From an uncultured delta proteobacterium (GTDB lineage Bacteria; Desulfobacterota; Binatia; UBA9968): 64,000 nt of DNA. Below, piece after piece: positions 1 through 9,978 of this stretch. The notes under the pieces are model-generated. The model was not told where the DNA came from and did no database searches. It saw only the letters and a program-made list of their open reading frames with translations. The position numbers and the translations under genes are program-made. Location: NCBI GenBank assembly GCA_963760795.1, contig CAVXEP010000017.1, forward strand, positions 64,001 to 128,000, in the 5' to 3' direction. Within the stretch, counting starts at the first letter, position 1. Every line of letters begins with the position of its first letter.

Positions 1-53
1 AATCTTTCATTTTCACTTTTGCATTCTGCATTATCATTTTGACTTGGGAACTT

Positions 54-527
54 TCATTTCATTCCGTCGAGAATTTGCTCGATCTTCTCTTCGGTCAAGT
101 CTTCATAATAGTCGTCGTTCACTTGCATCATCGGCGCGGTGCCGCAAGAGGCCAAACACTCCACTTCCGCCAGCGTGAACCTGCCATCCGCGGTGGTCTG
201 TCCGCATTCGATGCCAAGTTTCTTCTTGAGAAACGCCGTCACTTCCTCGGCGCCACGCAAGGCGCAGGAAAGCGTACGGCAAACCTGAATATGGTGGCGC
301 CCGATCGGCTTCATGTTGTACATGCTGTAAAAACTCACCACGCCATAGACGCGCGCCGGCACCTGGCCCATCAGCTTGGCGACATATTCGATCGCCTCCG
401 GCCCGAGATGGCCAAACTCGCGCTGAGCCAAATAAAGCACCGGCAGCATCGCCGCTTCCTTCTCCGGATAGCGCGCGATTGTCGCTTCAAAAGTTTTCAG
501 CGTCTCAGGTGAAAATTCTAATGCCAT
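54..527 (-). CDS. nuoE: NADH-quinone oxidoreductase subunit E (2Fe-2S)
   Basis: C-x4-C...C-x3-C ligands (VCRTLSC, ECLASC), VYGVVSFYSMY motif; downstream of nuoD; start placed at the MALEF ATG. Confidence 0.93.
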   Translation of the reverse strand: MALEFSPETLKTFEATIARYPEKEAAMLPVLYLAQREFGHLGPEAIEYVAKLMGQVPARVYGVVSFYSMYNMKPIGRHHIQVCRTLSCALRGAEEVTAFLKKKLGIECGQTTADGRFTLAEVECLASCGTAPMMQVNDDYYEDLTEEKIEQILDGMK

Positions 528-540
528 GTTGTTACGGGCC

Positions 541-624
541 GAGGATGGAAAATCGAGGATGGAAGATTGAACGAAAGACCTCAAATCCTCGTATTTCCTC
601 TATCCTCCATCCTCCCATCCTCGA
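541..624. repeat. Intergenic 7-nt periodic inverted repeat (GAGGATG/CATCCTC units)
   Basis: gaggatg-gaaaatc-gaggatg-gaagatt arm and complementary tatcctc-catcctc-ccatcctc arm between nuoD and nuoE. Confidence 0.7.
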
Positions 625-634
625 CTATCCTAAT

Positions 635-1825
635 CTACCGATCACATTCCCCGCCGATCATATTAATCATGCCGAACGTCGGCACGATATCCGCCACCAT
701 GTAACCTTTGATCATTTCGGCAAACGCGCCCATGGCGATGAAGCACGGCGGCCGCACGCGTAAGCGATAGGGCTTACCGCCGCCGTCGCTGACGATGTAA
801 AAACCTAACTCGCCGTTGCCGCCTTCCACGGCGCTATAGGTCTCCCCCGCCGGCACCTGAACGCCTTCCATGATGATTTTGAAATGATGCATCAAGCCTT
901 CGATGCTGCCGTAAACTTTTTCTTTTTCCGGCAGGACGAATCGCGCATCGTCGATCCACACCGGACCGACAGGCAATTGCTGGAGCGCCTGCTCGACGAT
1001 CTTCATGCTCTGCTGGATCTCACCGAGCCGGCACAGGAAGCGATCGTAGTTATCGCCGTGGCTGCCCACTGGGATTTCGAAGTCCAATTTATCGTAAACC
1101 AAATAGGGAAACGCCTTGCGGACATCGTAGTCGACGCCGGTGGCGCGCAGGATCGGTCCGGTGAGGCTGTGATCGAGTGCCGATTCCTTGGAGATCACCC
1201 CGACATTGGACATACGGTCGAGAAAGATTCGGTTGCGCGACAGCAAGCGGTCGCAATCGTCCAGCAGCTTGCGGATCGTTGTGAAAGCCGCCGTCACGTG
1301 TTCGGCGAAATCCTGGGGCAGGTCATGCTTGAGCCCGCCGATGCGCACATAGGTCACGGTCAGCCGGGCGCCGGTGAGATTTTCGATGATGCGGGTGAGC
1401 AGCTCGCGGGCTTCGATCATATAGAAACCGACGGTGATCGCGCCCAACTCCGACGCGGCCATGCCGCAGCAGGTTAAATGATCGAAGAGCCGCGCCAGCT
1501 CGCTGATGATGACGCGAATATACTGGCAGCGCGGCGGCGTTTCCGCGCCGATCAGTTTCTCCACGGCCAGCGCGTAGCCGACGTTGTTGATCAACGACGA
1601 GGCATAATTGAGCCGGTCGGTGTAGGGAATGACTTGGGTCCAGGTCGCCTGTTCGCAGCTCTTGTCGAAGCCACGGTGAAGAAAACCCAATTCGACATCG
1701 CAGTCGAGGACTTTTTCGCCTTCGAGCTTGAGATTGAACTTGATGGTGCCATGGGTCGCCGGATGGGACGGTCCCATCTGCAACTCCATGATCTCATGCG
1801 GCAGCTCTGGGTTATCGGCTTTCAT
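635..1825 (-). CDS. nuoD: NADH-quinone oxidoreductase subunit D
   Basis: MGPSHPATHG, GFLHRGFDK, DRLNY and C-terminal GECDR motifs. Confidence 0.96.
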   Translation of the reverse strand: MKADNPELPHEIMELQMGPSHPATHGTIKFNLKLEGEKVLDCDVELGFLHRGFDKSCEQATWTQVIPYTDRLNYASSLINNVGYALAVEKLIGAETPPRCQYIRVIISELARLFDHLTCCGMAASELGAITVGFYMIEARELLTRIIENLTGARLTVTYVRIGGLKHDLPQDFAEHVTAAFTTIRKLLDDCDRLLSRNRIFLDRMSNVGVISKESALDHSLTGPILRATGVDYDVRKAFPYLVYDKLDFEIPVGSHGDNYDRFLCRLGEIQQSMKIVEQALQQLPVGPVWIDDARFVLPEKEKVYGSIEGLMHHFKIIMEGVQVPAGETYSAVEGGNGELGFYIVSDGGGKPYRLRVRPPCFIAMGAFAEMIKGYMVADIVPTFGMINMIGGECDR

Positions 1826-1846
1826 CGAGTTGTTCGGGCAGCGATG

Positions 1847-2410
1847 CTAGTTCTTTTTCGCCAAAGTTTTCTGCAAGCGCAGGAGCTTGTTACGGGACCG
1901 CTCGTCGACGAAAGTGCCGTCGACATGGCGTTCGGGCACGCGCGGCTGGCACTGGTTAACCGGATAGTCCTTGCGCAGCGGATGGCCGATGAATTCGTCG
2001 TAGAGCAAGATGCGCCGCAAATCTGGATGATCGCTAAAGCGAATGCCGTAGAGATCCCAAACTTCGCGCTCGAGATAGTTGGCGCCGCGCCACAGCGGCG
2101 TCAGCGAATCGACCACCGCGTCGCTTTCCGGCACACCGACGCGAACGCGCAGTCGGCGGCGCTGCTGGAGCGAGACCAACTGATAAACCACCTCGAAGCG
2201 TGGCTCCTGCTTTTGCCAATAATCGACCGCCGTGATGTCGGAAAGGAAATTGAAACTAAGCTCAGGATCTTCCTTGAGCAAGCGAAAGCTTTCTCTCAAA
2301 CCGGCACGATCCAAAGCGACGACGTGGTCTCCCTGGGGTTCGGTCAGGCTGAGTACTTTGGCGCCAAGCCGATCTTGGATATGTTGAAGTTGGGGGCTCG
2401 CTTCAGCCAT
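1847..2410 (-). CDS. nuoC: NADH-quinone oxidoreductase subunit C
   Basis: DITAVDY, RFEVVYQL, EREVWDLYGI, HPDLRRIL, GHPLRKDYP. Confidence 0.95.
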   Translation of the reverse strand: MAEASPQLQHIQDRLGAKVLSLTEPQGDHVVALDRAGLRESFRLLKEDPELSFNFLSDITAVDYWQKQEPRFEVVYQLVSLQQRRRLRVRVGVPESDAVVDSLTPLWRGANYLEREVWDLYGIRFSDHPDLRRILLYDEFIGHPLRKDYPVNQCQPRVPERHVDGTFVDERSRNKLLRLQKTLAKKN

Positions 2411-2416
2411 GAACGA

Positions 2417-2773
2417 TCAATCCCACTCAAGGGCGCCTTTTTTCCAGACATAAACATAACCGATGGCCAGGATGACCAGGAAGATGCCCATCTGCACCAG
2501 ACCGAAGACCCCCAACTGGCGAAAATAGATCGCCCAGGGATAAAGAAACACGATTTCCAGGTCGAAAATCAGAAACAACATGGCGACCAGGTAGAATCGC
2601 ACCGAGAAACGGATGCGCGCGTCGCCTTGGGGTGGATTGCCGGATTCGAAGGGTTCTGCTTTAGCGGCATTGCTCGATTTGGGGCCGAACAGCGAAGCAA
2701 CCGTCAGCAAAGCGAGGACAATCACGCTCGCAACCGCGAACATCACCAGCAAGGGCAAATAAGGATGGTTCAT
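2417..2773 (-). CDS. nuoA: NADH-quinone oxidoreductase subunit A
   Basis: PFESG, RFYLVAMLFLIFDLE, FLYPWA, WKKGALEW; three TM segments; start at MNHPY gives a typical length. Confidence 0.95.
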   Translation of the reverse strand: MNHPYLPLLVMFAVASVIVLALLTVASLFGPKSSNAAKAEPFESGNPPQGDARIRFSVRFYLVAMLFLIFDLEIVFLYPWAIYFRQLGVFGLVQMGIFLVILAIGYVYVWKKGALEWD

Positions 2774-3024
2774 GTCATGAGTGCTATTAAAAAAAACCAT
2801 ACCTTCCCGGACCGAAAAGGTATGGATTCTTGGGCGCGCTTTGATCCTTCAATCTATTGAATTTTGTATTGGAAATGCGCGGAGTTGTCAAGGTAAAGTC
2901 GGTCTCTGGGGGTTCCCCACGCGTTGCATTTCACACTTGACGCGAAAACCATTGGCGATTGACGCTAGCCGAGATTCGATGTTAATCATCACAACCTAAT
3001 CGCGGTCCCGGCGGGAGGTTCTCG

Positions 3025-4035
3025 ATGGCGCAGAGTTTTTCGGCAAGAATTTGCTTCTGCCTTACTTGGGTGCTGTTCGCGAGCTCGCCAGCATGGGCGC
3101 AAGCGCTCATCGACGGCGCCAAGAAAGAAGGGCAAGTCGTCTTCTATGGCTCCATGGAAGCGGTATCTTCGCAACGCATCGTCGCCGGCTTCGAAAAAAA
3201 ATACCCGTTTGTCAAAGTAGACGCCACGCGCATCGGCTCGGAACGGATGGCCACCCGGCTCGTCGCTGAAGCCCAAGCGCGCAAAGTCCGCGCCGATGTC
3301 GTCCAACAATCCGCTTTCGATTTCTACGGCGTGCTGCAAAAAGGCCTCTTTGAAAGCTACTTCTCACCGGAGCGGTCGGCGTTTCCGCCGGAGTATCGCG
3401 ATGAAAAAGGTTTCTGGATGATGCCCGCCTCCACACTCAACGTGATCGCTTACAACAAGAAGATGGTGGCGGCGAACGACGTGCCGAAAAGCTTCTGGGA
3501 TCTCACCGAGCCCCGTTGGAAGGGGCAGCTCTTAATGGACGACAACGAGAGTAAATGGATGGCCGGCATGATCCAGTATTATGGCGAAGCGAAGTCCATG
3601 GACTTGCTGCGCAAGCTCGCGGCTCAGGAAATTCAGTTTCGCACCGGCCACACTCTGCTGCAAACTTTAGTCGCCGCCGGCGAGCGCGCGGTGGTGGTGG
3701 TCGCTTTCGCCAACGGCGTCGATCGGCTAAAAAAAGAAAGCGCGCCGATCGAATGGATCAGCGCCGAACCGGTCATTGGTTTGACCTTCGGCCTCGCGGT
3801 AGTCAAGGACGCGCCTCATCCCAACGCGGCGCGTTTGTTCAATGATTATCTGCTATCGCGCGAGGGCCAAGAAGTGATCGCCGCCGCCGGCTACCACGTG
3901 CCGCGCACCGACGTCGCTTCGCCTATTCTTAAAGACGCCGCGCCGAAAACTAAAGTCGTGCCGCTGCCAATGAGCTTGGCGCCGCGTTACAACGAATATT
4001 TCCAGACCTACCGCAAAGTCATGGGGCTAAAATAA
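3025..4035 (+). CDS. ABC transporter extracellular solute-binding protein (Fe3+/thiamine-like family)
   Basis: Signal peptide, AKKEGQVVFY, PKSFWDL, APHPNAARLF..LLSREGQ motifs; RBS ggaggt. Confidence 0.85.
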   Translation: MAQSFSARICFCLTWVLFASSPAWAQALIDGAKKEGQVVFYGSMEAVSSQRIVAGFEKKYPFVKVDATRIGSERMATRLVAEAQARKVRADVVQQSAFDFYGVLQKGLFESYFSPERSAFPPEYRDEKGFWMMPASTLNVIAYNKKMVAANDVPKSFWDLTEPRWKGQLLMDDNESKWMAGMIQYYGEAKSMDLLRKLAAQEIQFRTGHTLLQTLVAAGERAVVVVAFANGVDRLKKESAPIEWISAEPVIGLTFGLAVVKDAPHPNAARLFNDYLLSREGQEVIAAAGYHVPRTDVASPILKDAAPKTKVVPLPMSLAPRYNEYFQTYRKVMGLK

Positions 4036-4073
4036 GGTGACTGCGTATCGAGATGTCATTTTAGGAGACCGAG

Positions 4074-5436
4074 ATGACCTACCAATCTGAAAAAGGCAAC
4101 TTCACCATCGCCCTCGCCGGCGACACCATGTTGACACGCAAGTTAACGCCCTTCACCGAAGAGCGTTTTCTCAAACTGCGCGAGATCCTGCGCGGCGCCG
4201 ACGCCCGCTTCGCCAATCTCGAAGGCACGGTGCACACCTGGGACGAAGGCACACCGGGGATCACCCAGGGCACGTTCATGACGACGGACCCCAAGCTCCT
4301 CGATGACTTGCAATGGCTTGGCATCAATCTGGTCTCCTGCGCCAACAACCACGCCTTCGACTATGGCGAAGACGGCGTGCTCGCCAATCTCAAGCATCTC
4401 GACGCCGCCGGCATGGTTCACGCCGGCACGGGAAAAAATCTCGCCGAAGCGCGCGCCCCCGGTTATCTCGACACGCCCAATGGGCGCGTCGCCCTGGTCG
4501 CCGCCACCGCTACGTTTCAGACCCTGGAATCAAGCCGGCGAACAGCGGCCCGATTTGCGCGGCCGCCCAGGCATCAATCCGTTGGGATTCACCACCACCT
4601 ACGGCGTCGACGCCGCGGCGTTCGAACAACTGAAACGGATTAGCCAAGGTCTCGGTTTTGAAAAGAGCAACGAGCGCGCCCGCAAACATTTTTACAGCGA
4701 CAAAGAAATCGGCGACGGGAAAGCCGCGGAGTTGAACCTGCTGGGCAATCGCTATGTCCCCGGCGAAGGTTTCGCCATCGCCACCGAAGCCAACCAGCGC
4801 GACCTGCAGGATAACTTACGCTGGATCCGCGAAGCGCGCCGCCAGGCCGACTGGCTCGTCGTCAGCGCTCATTGTCATGAATTTGGCGGCAGCAGTCTAT
4901 TAACCGCAAGCACGCGGGCGGAGTTGGAAGAGACCGCCGATTTCGTCACCAAGTTCGCCCACCAGGCGATCGACGAAGGCGCCGACATTTTCGTCGGCCA
5001 TGGCTCGCACTTCCCGATGGGTGTGGAAATTTATAATGGCAAACCGATCTTTTACAGCGTCGGCAATTTCGTCTTTCAAAACGAAACCGTCGGCTTCTTT
5101 CCCGCCGACGCCTACGAGCGCTTCGATCTCGACCTCAAGGCGACGCCGTCCGACTTCCTCGACGCCCGCACCAACGGCGGCAAAAAAGGCCACCCCAGCG
5201 ATCCCGCCTACTGGGAAAACATGTTCCCGGTCTGCGAGTTCAGCAAGCAGAAATTGACCAGCATTAAGATCTACCCCATCGATCAAGGTTTCGGCCGCCC
5301 GCGCCCGCAACGCGGCCGCCCCGTGCTCGCCGAAGGCGAAGTGGCCAATCGGGTGATCGAGCGAGTCGTGCGCCTCTCGAAACGTTATGGGACGAAGGTT
5401 GTGAATCGTGCAGGCGTCGGCGTGATTGAACTGTAG
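4074..5436 (+). CDS. CapA/PgsA-family metallophosphoesterase (one frameshift near 4517)
   Basis: AGDTML, FANLEG, CANNHAFDYG, HAGTG in ORF 4074-4643; VSAHCHE, GHGSH, PIFYSVGNFVF in the +1 frame ORF ending 5436. Confidence 0.85.
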
Positions 5437-5694
5437 ACGTTGGCCTGGGACTAATCTCGGATTCAACAGTTGCACCGCAGAAACTGCTGCGCGACGCGAT
5501 CCTCGAGTCGTGAAAACACCCAAGATCTGCAACTACTGAGTCGAATTCGCAGCGCCAGTCAATCCGTTAATCTCGCGGGCGATTTCGTGCGGCGTCAATC
5601 ATCGCCAGCCACTTAGGGGCAGTCGCCATTGTCTTCACGATGGAAAGATTGAGTCTCGCTGTCACAAACAATTACCGCTGCGTCCTTGGGGTTC

Positions 5695-6708
5695 CTATTC
5701 GGCCATGATTTCCTTCACCCGTTTGACGACATCGGCGGGTTGACTGACGACGGCGATGATTTTTTTTTGCAGCTGGTCGCCGCTCATGAAGGTCGTGCCG
5801 TCCCAGTCGAGCAGCTTTTTCGCCTCGGCGGTAAACTCGCTATCCTTCAACATCCGTTCGAAGCTGTCGCGCAGAATCTGCACCCGTTCCTTGGGCACGC
5901 TCGGCGGCGCCGCGAAGGGGCGGTCGAACTCGGTGTACGCGAGCATGACATTCATTAAATTGAGATAGGGTTTAGTCTCGGAGCGCGCGAGTTCCGCCAG
6001 CGTGGGTACCGGCGGCAATAACGGGCTTTTGTCCGGCCCTTGCTGAATGATAAAAGTGACATAGTTTTCTTTTACCCAACGATTCCACGGCGCGCGAATC
6101 ACCGTGACATCGGAAGTCGCCCGGCAGTCTATCTCGCCCCGTTCCAAACCGAGATCGGTGTCGCGGCCGCTCTGAAATCCGGTGACGTTTTTCAACTTGA
6201 TATCGAGCAGCCGCTCCATCAAGTTGGCGAATATATAGCTGATGCTGCCGGTGCCCGATTGGCCGAAGCGCGGCGGAGTTTTCGCCGCGCGGATCGCCGC
6301 GATGTTTTTATATTCGGTGTCCGAACGGCAAGCCGCCATCATCGGCGCTTTGTTGAAGCTGCCGATCCAATTGAATTTTCGAAAGTCCGCCTTATTCTCG
6401 GGCCGGCCGATGATTTGCTCCATGTAGTTGGCCCGGCTCACCGCCAATATCGTCAAGCCATCCGGCTTGGCGACATTGTAGAGATAGTTAGCCGCGATCA
6501 GCCCGCCGCCGCCCGACATGTTGCGCACCACCACGCCGGGATTTCCCGGCATATGTTTTCCCAGGAAGCGGCCCACCAAACGGGCACCGAAATCGGTGGT
6601 GGCACCGGGTCCGCTCGCCACCAGCAATTGAATCGTTTTGCCCTCATAGAATTGTTCGGCTGAATGAACGTCACCGGCGCAGATCATCAGCAGCGCTGTC
6701 CAAAACAT
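5695..6708 (-). CDS. Tripartite tricarboxylate transporter substrate-binding protein (Bug/TctC family)
   Basis: FYEGKTIQLLV..PG..TD..AR, PGNP.VVV.NM.GGGG, KPDGLT, ERGEID motifs; start uncertain because the upstream ORF extension is REP-derived. Confidence 0.85.
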   Translation of the reverse strand: MFWTALLMICAGDVHSAEQFYEGKTIQLLVASGPGATTDFGARLVGRFLGKHMPGNPGVVVRNMSGGGGLIAANYLYNVAKPDGLTILAVSRANYMEQIIGRPENKADFRKFNWIGSFNKAPMMAACRSDTEYKNIAAIRAAKTPPRFGQSGTGSISYIFANLMERLLDIKLKNVTGFQSGRDTDLGLERGEIDCRATSDVTVIRAPWNRWVKENYVTFIIQQGPDKSPLLPPVPTLAELARSETKPYLNLMNVMLAYTEFDRPFAAPPSVPKERVQILRDSFERMLKDSEFTAEAKKLLDWDGTTFMSGDQLQKKIIAVVSQPADVVKRVKEIMAE

Positions 6709-6735
6709 CAATCTCAGCGGTAAATTCTTTATATC

Positions 6736-6767
6736 GGACGGGGAGAGCGAAGCGATACCCATCGTCC
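6736..6767. repeat. Degenerate GTAG-type REP copy
   Basis: ggacggggagagcgaagcgatacccatc resembles the copies at 8389 and 15911. Confidence 0.55.
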
Positions 6768-6870
6768 GCTCAGCCACGCGTAAGTTTGTCCGCATAGGCA
6801 ATGACAGAATCAATCTCCTCACGCATTCAATCGGCAATTTGAAATCTGAAATACGCCGCGTCCCGCGGCG

Positions 6871-8352
6871 TCACAGCCCCTGGGCCGCCGCGTTTCTGCC
6901 AGCCAATCGGGAAAACACCACATTGCGCGTCTGACCGGTGCAGGACGGATAGTTATGAAAAAACAAACCGACGATGTCGCCGGAAGCGAATAGCCCGCGG
7001 ATCGGATTGTTCGAAGTGTTGAGCACCTGGGCTTGGGTATTGATCTGCAAGCCGCCGAAAGTGAATGTAACACCGCCGGTAATCGCGTAGGCGAAGTAGG
7101 GCGGTTTGTCGAGGGTATCGGCCCAGTGGGATTTTTTCGGCGTGATGCCCTCGGTGCAGCGGCCGTCCAGTTTGGTCGCATCGAACGGGATGTCTTTGCG
7201 GATGGCACCGTTGAACTCGTCGATGGTCCGCTTGAGAATCATCGGCTCAATGCTGATCTTCTGCGCCAACTCTTCAATCGTGTTCGCTTCGATGGGATGG
7301 GAAAATTCGTAATAGCGCTTGTTCAAAAGCCCCAGCGCCTTCTGATCGTAGATTTGATAGGCGATGGCACCCGGCTGCGCGAGCACCGCCCAACCGGTCT
7401 TGGCGTAGGTGTAGGAATGGCGCGCTTCGCCCTCGTCGAAAAAGCGCTGGCCGAGAGAATTGACGGTGATGCCGTAGGTGTAGCCGTAGCGATTGGCCTT
7501 GTTGCTGATCTCGACATCGGGAAAGGTCGCGTCGATCGGCGTCGCATGGGCGCCCTGCCAATGGCCGGCGGTTTTGGCGCCCATGTCGATGGCCATCATC
7601 AGCACTTCGCCGGTATCATGCTTGCTGCCGCGCACCTTCATCAGATCGGCGTTGGGGCCGAGATAGCGCGCCCGCTTCTCCGCGCTCGCCTGGAATCCGC
7701 CGGCGCACAGAATCACCGAGTTGGCGCGAATTTCATACTCTTCGTTGGGATCCGAGACACGCACACCCTCGATTCGCCGGTCGTTGCCGAGCAGCGCCGC
7801 AACCCGCGACTCGTAGCGCAGCTCGATGCCCATCTTGGTGGCGATCTCGCGCCACTGCATGAGTTGATCCAGTCCGCCCTCAACGCCGCCGCGCGGATGG
7901 ATCACCATCCCCGGTTCGAAGTAATATTTCCCGTCGATGATCACATAGCTGTCGATGTCCCATTTGATGCCGACTTCGCGCATCCAATGGATCGCCGCGG
8001 TGGACTGCGTCACCAAGACCTCGGACAGTTCTTTGCTGATCCGTCCCTTGGTCACCCGCTGCAGATCGGCGTGAAATTGTTCCGCGGTATAGGCCGGGAT
8101 ATGCAGCTTGGCGAACAGCTCTTCGTCCATGTCCGGCAGGAACTTGCGAATCTCCTCCGGGCCGGAAAACACCCAGCGAAAACCGGTGTGCGAATAACGC
8201 GCGTTGCCGCCGAACTCCGGCTCCGGCGCCTTCTCCAACATCACGACTTTAGGCGCGCCCGCTTGCTTCGCCGCCACCGCCGCTTCAAAGGCGGCGCTGC
8301 CGCCGCCGACAACTACCACCGGGATGTCTTCCGTTCTCACGAGTTCCTCCAT
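6871..8352 (-). CDS. FAD-dependent tricarballylate dehydrogenase TcuA-like flavoprotein (paralogue 1)
   Basis: VVVVGGGSAA FAD motif, GGNARYS, LCAGGFQA, VRGS, GQRFFDEG, GGVTFTFGGL, GLFFHNYP. Confidence 0.85.
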   Translation of the reverse strand: MEELVRTEDIPVVVVGGGSAAFEAAVAAKQAGAPKVVMLEKAPEPEFGGNARYSHTGFRWVFSGPEEIRKFLPDMDEELFAKLHIPAYTAEQFHADLQRVTKGRISKELSEVLVTQSTAAIHWMREVGIKWDIDSYVIIDGKYYFEPGMVIHPRGGVEGGLDQLMQWREIATKMGIELRYESRVAALLGNDRRIEGVRVSDPNEEYEIRANSVILCAGGFQASAEKRARYLGPNADLMKVRGSKHDTGEVLMMAIDMGAKTAGHWQGAHATPIDATFPDVEISNKANRYGYTYGITVNSLGQRFFDEGEARHSYTYAKTGWAVLAQPGAIAYQIYDQKALGLLNKRYYEFSHPIEANTIEELAQKISIEPMILKRTIDEFNGAIRKDIPFDATKLDGRCTEGITPKKSHWADTLDKPPYFAYAITGGVTFTFGGLQINTQAQVLNTSNNPIRGLFASGDIVGLFFHNYPSCTGQTRNVVFSRLAGRNAAAQGL

Positions 8353-8388
8353 CTATCCGGACAAACTGTTTAATGTGAATTTGCCTGT

Positions 8389-8419
8389 GTAGGATGGGTG
8401 GAGCGCAGCGATACCCATC
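8389..8419. repeat. GTAG-type REP element
   Basis: GTAGGATGGGTGGAGCGCAGCGATACCCATC: GTAG head plus GATGGGT/ACCCATC palindrome. Confidence 0.75.
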
Positions 8420-8462
8420 AATCTGCTTATTTTAAAAAATGCAATTTGCAATGCCCGAAGGG

Positions 8463-9929
8463 CTATAGCCCCTGCGCCGCCGCGTTCCTTCCGGCCAAGC
8501 GCGAAAACACCACATTGCGCGTCTGTCCGGTGCAGGACGGATAGTTGTGGAAGAACAGACCAACGATATCGCCGGAGGCGAACAGGCCGCGAATCGGATT
8601 GCCGGAAGTATTTAACACCTGCGCCTGCGTATTGATCTGCAAGCCGCCGAAAGTGAATGTCACCCCGCCGGTTATCGAAAACGCCCAGTAAGGCGGCTTG
8701 TCGATTGGACTAGCCCAGTTGGATTTTTTCGGCGTGATGCCCTCAGTACACTTGCCGTCAAGTTTGGTCGCATCGAAGACGACATCCTTGCGCGCCGCGT
8801 TGTTGAATTCCGTGACGGTGTGTTTGAGCACGGTGGGCTCGATGCCGATCTTGCCGGCCAGCTCGTCAATTGATTTCGCTTCTATAGGCGTGGAGAACTC
8901 GTAACGGTTGCCAAGCAGCGGAATCGTCTTCTGATCGTAGATTTGATACGCCAACGCGCCAGGCTGACCGAGCACGGCCCAACCGGTCTTAGCGTAAGTA
9001 TATGAATGGCGCGCTTCGCCTTCGTCGAAAAAGCGCTGCCCCAGAGTATTGACCGTGATGCTGTAAGGATAACCGTAACGATTGGCTTTGCTGCCGATCT
9101 CCACGTCGGGATAGGTCGAATCGATCGGCGTCGCGTGGGCGCCTTGCCAATGACCGGCGGCCTTGGCGCCCATGGCCAATGTCATCATCAGCACTTCGCC
9201 GGTGTCATGCCGGCTGCCGCGCACCTTCATCAAATCGGCATTGGGCCCAAGATAGCGCGCGCGCATTTCCGCATTGGCCTGAAAGCCGCCGGCGCAAAGA
9301 ACGATTGAGCCGCTTTTGATTTCGTATTCTTCGTTGGGGTCGGAGACCACGACACCTTCGATATGCCGGTCGTTGCCGAGTAACGCTTTGACCCGCGACT
9401 CGTAGCGCAGGTCGACACCCATGCCCAGCGCGATCTCGCGCCATTGTCCCAATTGGCCCAGTCCGCCGCCGACACCGCCGACCGGATGGACCACCAATCC
9501 CGGCTCGAAATAATAGCGGCCGTCGATCACCACATGACTATCGATCTCCCACTTGATGCCCAACTCGCGCATCCAATGAATCGCCGCGTTGGACTGGCTC
9601 ACCAGCACGTCGGCTAAAGTCTGGTCGATGCGGCCGCGCGTGACCCGCTGCAAATCGCCGTGAAAGAGTTCCGCTGAATAGGCCGGCAAATTCAGTTTCG
9701 CAAACATCGCGTCGTCGACATCCGGCAAAAATTGGCGGATCTCATCGGCGCCGGAAAACACCCAGCGAAAGCCGGTGTGTGAATAGCGCGCGTTGCCGCC
9801 AAACTCCGGCTCCGGCGCTTTTTCCAACATCACGACTTTCGGCGCGCCGGCTTGCTTGGCCGCCACCGCCGCTTCAAAGGCGGCACTGCCGCCGCCGACA
9901 ACCACTACGTGAATGTTTTCCGTTCTCAC
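8463..9929 (-). CDS. FAD-dependent tricarballylate dehydrogenase TcuA-like flavoprotein (paralogue 2)
   Basis: Same motifs as 6871-8352 and visibly highly similar along its whole length; GTG start. Confidence 0.85.
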   Translation of the reverse strand: MRTENIHVVVVGGGSAAFEAAVAAKQAGAPKVVMLEKAPEPEFGGNARYSHTGFRWVFSGADEIRQFLPDVDDAMFAKLNLPAYSAELFHGDLQRVTRGRIDQTLADVLVSQSNAAIHWMRELGIKWEIDSHVVIDGRYYFEPGLVVHPVGGVGGGLGQLGQWREIALGMGVDLRYESRVKALLGNDRHIEGVVVSDPNEEYEIKSGSIVLCAGGFQANAEMRARYLGPNADLMKVRGSRHDTGEVLMMTLAMGAKAAGHWQGAHATPIDSTYPDVEIGSKANRYGYPYSITVNTLGQRFFDEGEARHSYTYAKTGWAVLGQPGALAYQIYDQKTIPLLGNRYEFSTPIEAKSIDELAGKIGIEPTVLKHTVTEFNNAARKDVVFDATKLDGKCTEGITPKKSNWASPIDKPPYWAFSITGGVTFTFGGLQINTQAQVLNTSGNPIRGLFASGDIVGLFFHNYPSCTGQTRNVVFSRLAGRNAAAQGL

Positions 9930-9978
9930 GGTGCAAAATTCTCCATCTTCGATGACAATTACTATAGCGAGTGAATCA

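Noticed and set aside
1478-2860. 460-aa plus-strand ORF, and similar long shadow ORFs such as 7033-8373, 5756-6663 and 31160-32002
   Set aside because: Antisense to well-supported genes in high-GC DNA, with no recognisable motifs.
6871-9929. Tandem tcuA-like copies as an assembly duplication
   Set aside because: The copies differ at many synonymous and non-synonymous positions and have different flanks.
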